Assembly: GCA_963772365.1 (NCBI GenBank)
Contig: CAVYXA010000005.1
Coordinates: 96,001-160,000, forward strand
DNA length: 64,000 nt
From: an uncultured Verrucomicrobiae bacterium
Lineage (GTDB): Bacteria; Verrucomicrobiota; Verrucomicrobiia; Chthoniobacterales; UBA10450
Direction of reading: 5' to 3'
The notes beneath the pieces are model-generated. The model did no database searches. It was not told the DNA's origin and worked only from the letters and a program-made list of their open reading frames with translations. Shown here piece after piece: positions 62,401-64,000 of this stretch; the first letter of the stretch is position 1, and each line of letters begins with the position of its first letter. Made by a program: the position numbers and the translations under genes.

Positions 62401-63191
62401 AAGCGGCAGATGACCCGATACAAAGCGGCGTGCAACAGCCGCCACCAGCCTCTGCTTCAACAAAGAAACTGCCGGTTAGCGCGGTTTTATTCGGCATTTT
62501 AGCCGGAATCGTCGGAGCTGCTGCCGGGCTCGCGATTGGGCTTGCGTTCGGCTCAATGCTGGCGTCGGCCCTGCATGTCTCGCCCATGGAAGGTGGCGCG
62601 GGCTATTTTGTTGTCAGCATCGCGTTACTCGTTTGCGTGATTGCGACGCCCATGTCGATCCTGCTGGTTCTCTACTGGGGAGGAGTGAGGAGGATTTGGC
62701 TCCTGGTTGGTTTATTTGTTGTTTGTGTTGGGATGATTGCAGTTGGCGGGAGTGGTTTTGGAGTCTGGTACATGGCGCAGCCGCATATTCCCAATACCAA
62801 CGGTCCAACGCCTCTGCTGGAATTCGAAGTAAGACCGCCCGATGGGCAATCCCTCGAGATGCTGACCAATGTCGAGGCCGAATTGGGCACCGATCGCAAC
62901 ACTATGCCTGCTTCCTGGCACGACCAGCCTGGTGAAGATCCGCGCGCAAAAGCGGGTTATGTAGAAATCTATTTCCGAACATCGCAGCGCTTGTTCATTT
63001 TGAAATTTCCAGGAAATGACGATCGGATCTACAAACTCCGGCTGCCGGCTAATCCGATGAAGGCGAAATATCGGGCGTGGTCGGCTTGGCAGAAGCCGGA
63101 CTTCGTCGCCAAAGGCAATGATCAACCATCTCGGGCCTCTGGCGGAGCCGATTACGAAATCCGCTACAAAATTGATTATCAGGATCGATAA
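62397..63191 (+). CDS. Hypothetical membrane protein
   Basis: Three TM segments (MEGGAGY motif) followed by a soluble domain. Overlaps the upstream stop. Confidence 0.7.
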   Translation: MKAADDPIQSGVQQPPPASASTKKLPVSAVLFGILAGIVGAAAGLAIGLAFGSMLASALHVSPMEGGAGYFVVSIALLVCVIATPMSILLVLYWGGVRRIWLLVGLFVVCVGMIAVGGSGFGVWYMAQPHIPNTNGPTPLLEFEVRPPDGQSLEMLTNVEAELGTDRNTMPASWHDQPGEDPRAKAGYVEIYFRTSQRLFILKFPGNDDRIYKLRLPANPMKAKYRAWSAWQKPDFVAKGNDQPSRASGGADYEIRYKIDYQDR

Positions 63192-63239
63192 ATCATCACC
63201 GCGCGTTTTACGTCGGACTCTGCGCGCGTAGGTTTCTGC

Positions 63240-64000
63240 ATGTCTGTGTCCGAGGAAACGATACGGGAAGCGCTAAAATCGGTGAAATATCCCGGGTTTA
63301 GTCGGGACATCATTTCCTTCGGCCTGCTCAAGGGCGTTAACATCGACAATGGCGATGTAAGAGTACAACTCGCGCTGGCTACGAATGATCCGAGCGTGCC
63401 GGCAACCATCAAGAATGACGCGGAAAAGGTTTTGCGCGGAATCAACGGTGTTCGGGATGCAAAAGTTTTGATCGACATCCATGCGCCGCCTGCCGGCGCG
63501 GGCGCATCGGGAATGGTCACGACGCGGATCCCGGGAATTCGGCACGTTATCGCTGTGGCGAGCGGCAAAGGCGGGGTCGGCAAATCAACTATCGCAGCGA
63601 ATCTTGCAGTTGCTTTGCATGAAACGGAGTCACGGGTCGGGCTCTGCGATTGCGACATCTACGGTCCGAGCATTTCGCTCATGTTCGGTACGCGGGAACG
63701 ACCAATGGCCACAGAGGAAAATAAGATTGTCCCGATCGAGCAATATGGACTCCGGTTGATGTCGATGGGCTTTCTTCTGGACGATACATCCCCTGCGATT
63801 TTACGCGGGCCGATGGTCACTCGTTACACGCAGCAGTTTTTACGACAGGTGGAATGGGGTGAACTGGATTATCTGGTGCTCGATCTGCCACCGGGAACGG
63901 GCGATATCCAACTTACCATCGTGCAAACCGTCGCTCTCTCCGGCGCGATTATTGTCACCACGCCCCAGGAGGTCGCCCTCATCGACGCTCGAAAAGCTGC
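63240..64000 (+). CDS. apbC: Mrp/ApbC Fe-S carrier ATPase, truncated by the window edge
   Basis: From ATG 63240: VKYPGFSRDII.FG, AVASGKGGVGKST, D.DIYGPS, MSMGFL, RGPMV, DLPPGTGDIQL, VTTPQ. Confidence 0.93.
   Translation, partial: MSVSEETIREALKSVKYPGFSRDIISFGLLKGVNIDNGDVRVQLALATNDPSVPATIKNDAEKVLRGINGVRDAKVLIDIHAPPAGAGASGMVTTRIPGIRHVIAVASGKGGVGKSTIAANLAVALHETESRVGLCDCDIYGPSISLMFGTRERPMATEENKIVPIEQYGLRLMSMGFLLDDTSPAILRGPMVTRYTQQFLRQVEWGELDYLVLDLPPGTGDIQLTIVQTVALSGAIIVTTPQEVALIDARKA

Overview
Bacterial chromosome segment, most likely Verrucomicrobiota (inferred from VPDSG-CTERM-type sorting signals and gene content). Bases 1-13.6 kb are an exopolysaccharide/PEP-CTERM locus. It holds the end of a Wza-like exporter, an outer-membrane beta-barrel, an FN3/FG-GAP protein, prsK-prsR-prsT, a vapBC pair with a broken toxin, two paralogous VPDGG-CTERM genes (each with its own enhancer, sigma54 promoter and terminator) and an RfaH/UpxY-like antiterminator. 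Bases 13.6-22.8 kb carry housekeeping and hypothetical genes (SAM methyltransferases, MBL hydrolase, fumC, an HTH-receiver regulator). Bases 22855-61090 are a ~38 kb integrative element in tRNA-Val(GAC), bounded by an identical 45-bp direct repeat, with a tyrosine integrase, an excisionase-like gene and arm-type repeats. Its cargo is almost entirely energy and carbon metabolism: ADH, AckA, phosphoketolase, class I aldolase, a giant cyclic beta-1,2-glucan synthase, PEP synthase, a complete N-ATPase operon, PPK2, Pgm and two ion transporters. The cargo is a mosaic with five N-terminal gene stubs, a 26-bp perfect palindrome inside an 8-bp duplication, and a second tRNA-like fragment. After the island come gmhA, a START-domain gene, a membrane protein and a partial mrp/apbC. 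Several single-base frameshifts may be sequencing errors. All product calls come from motif recognition by eye; no database searches were run.
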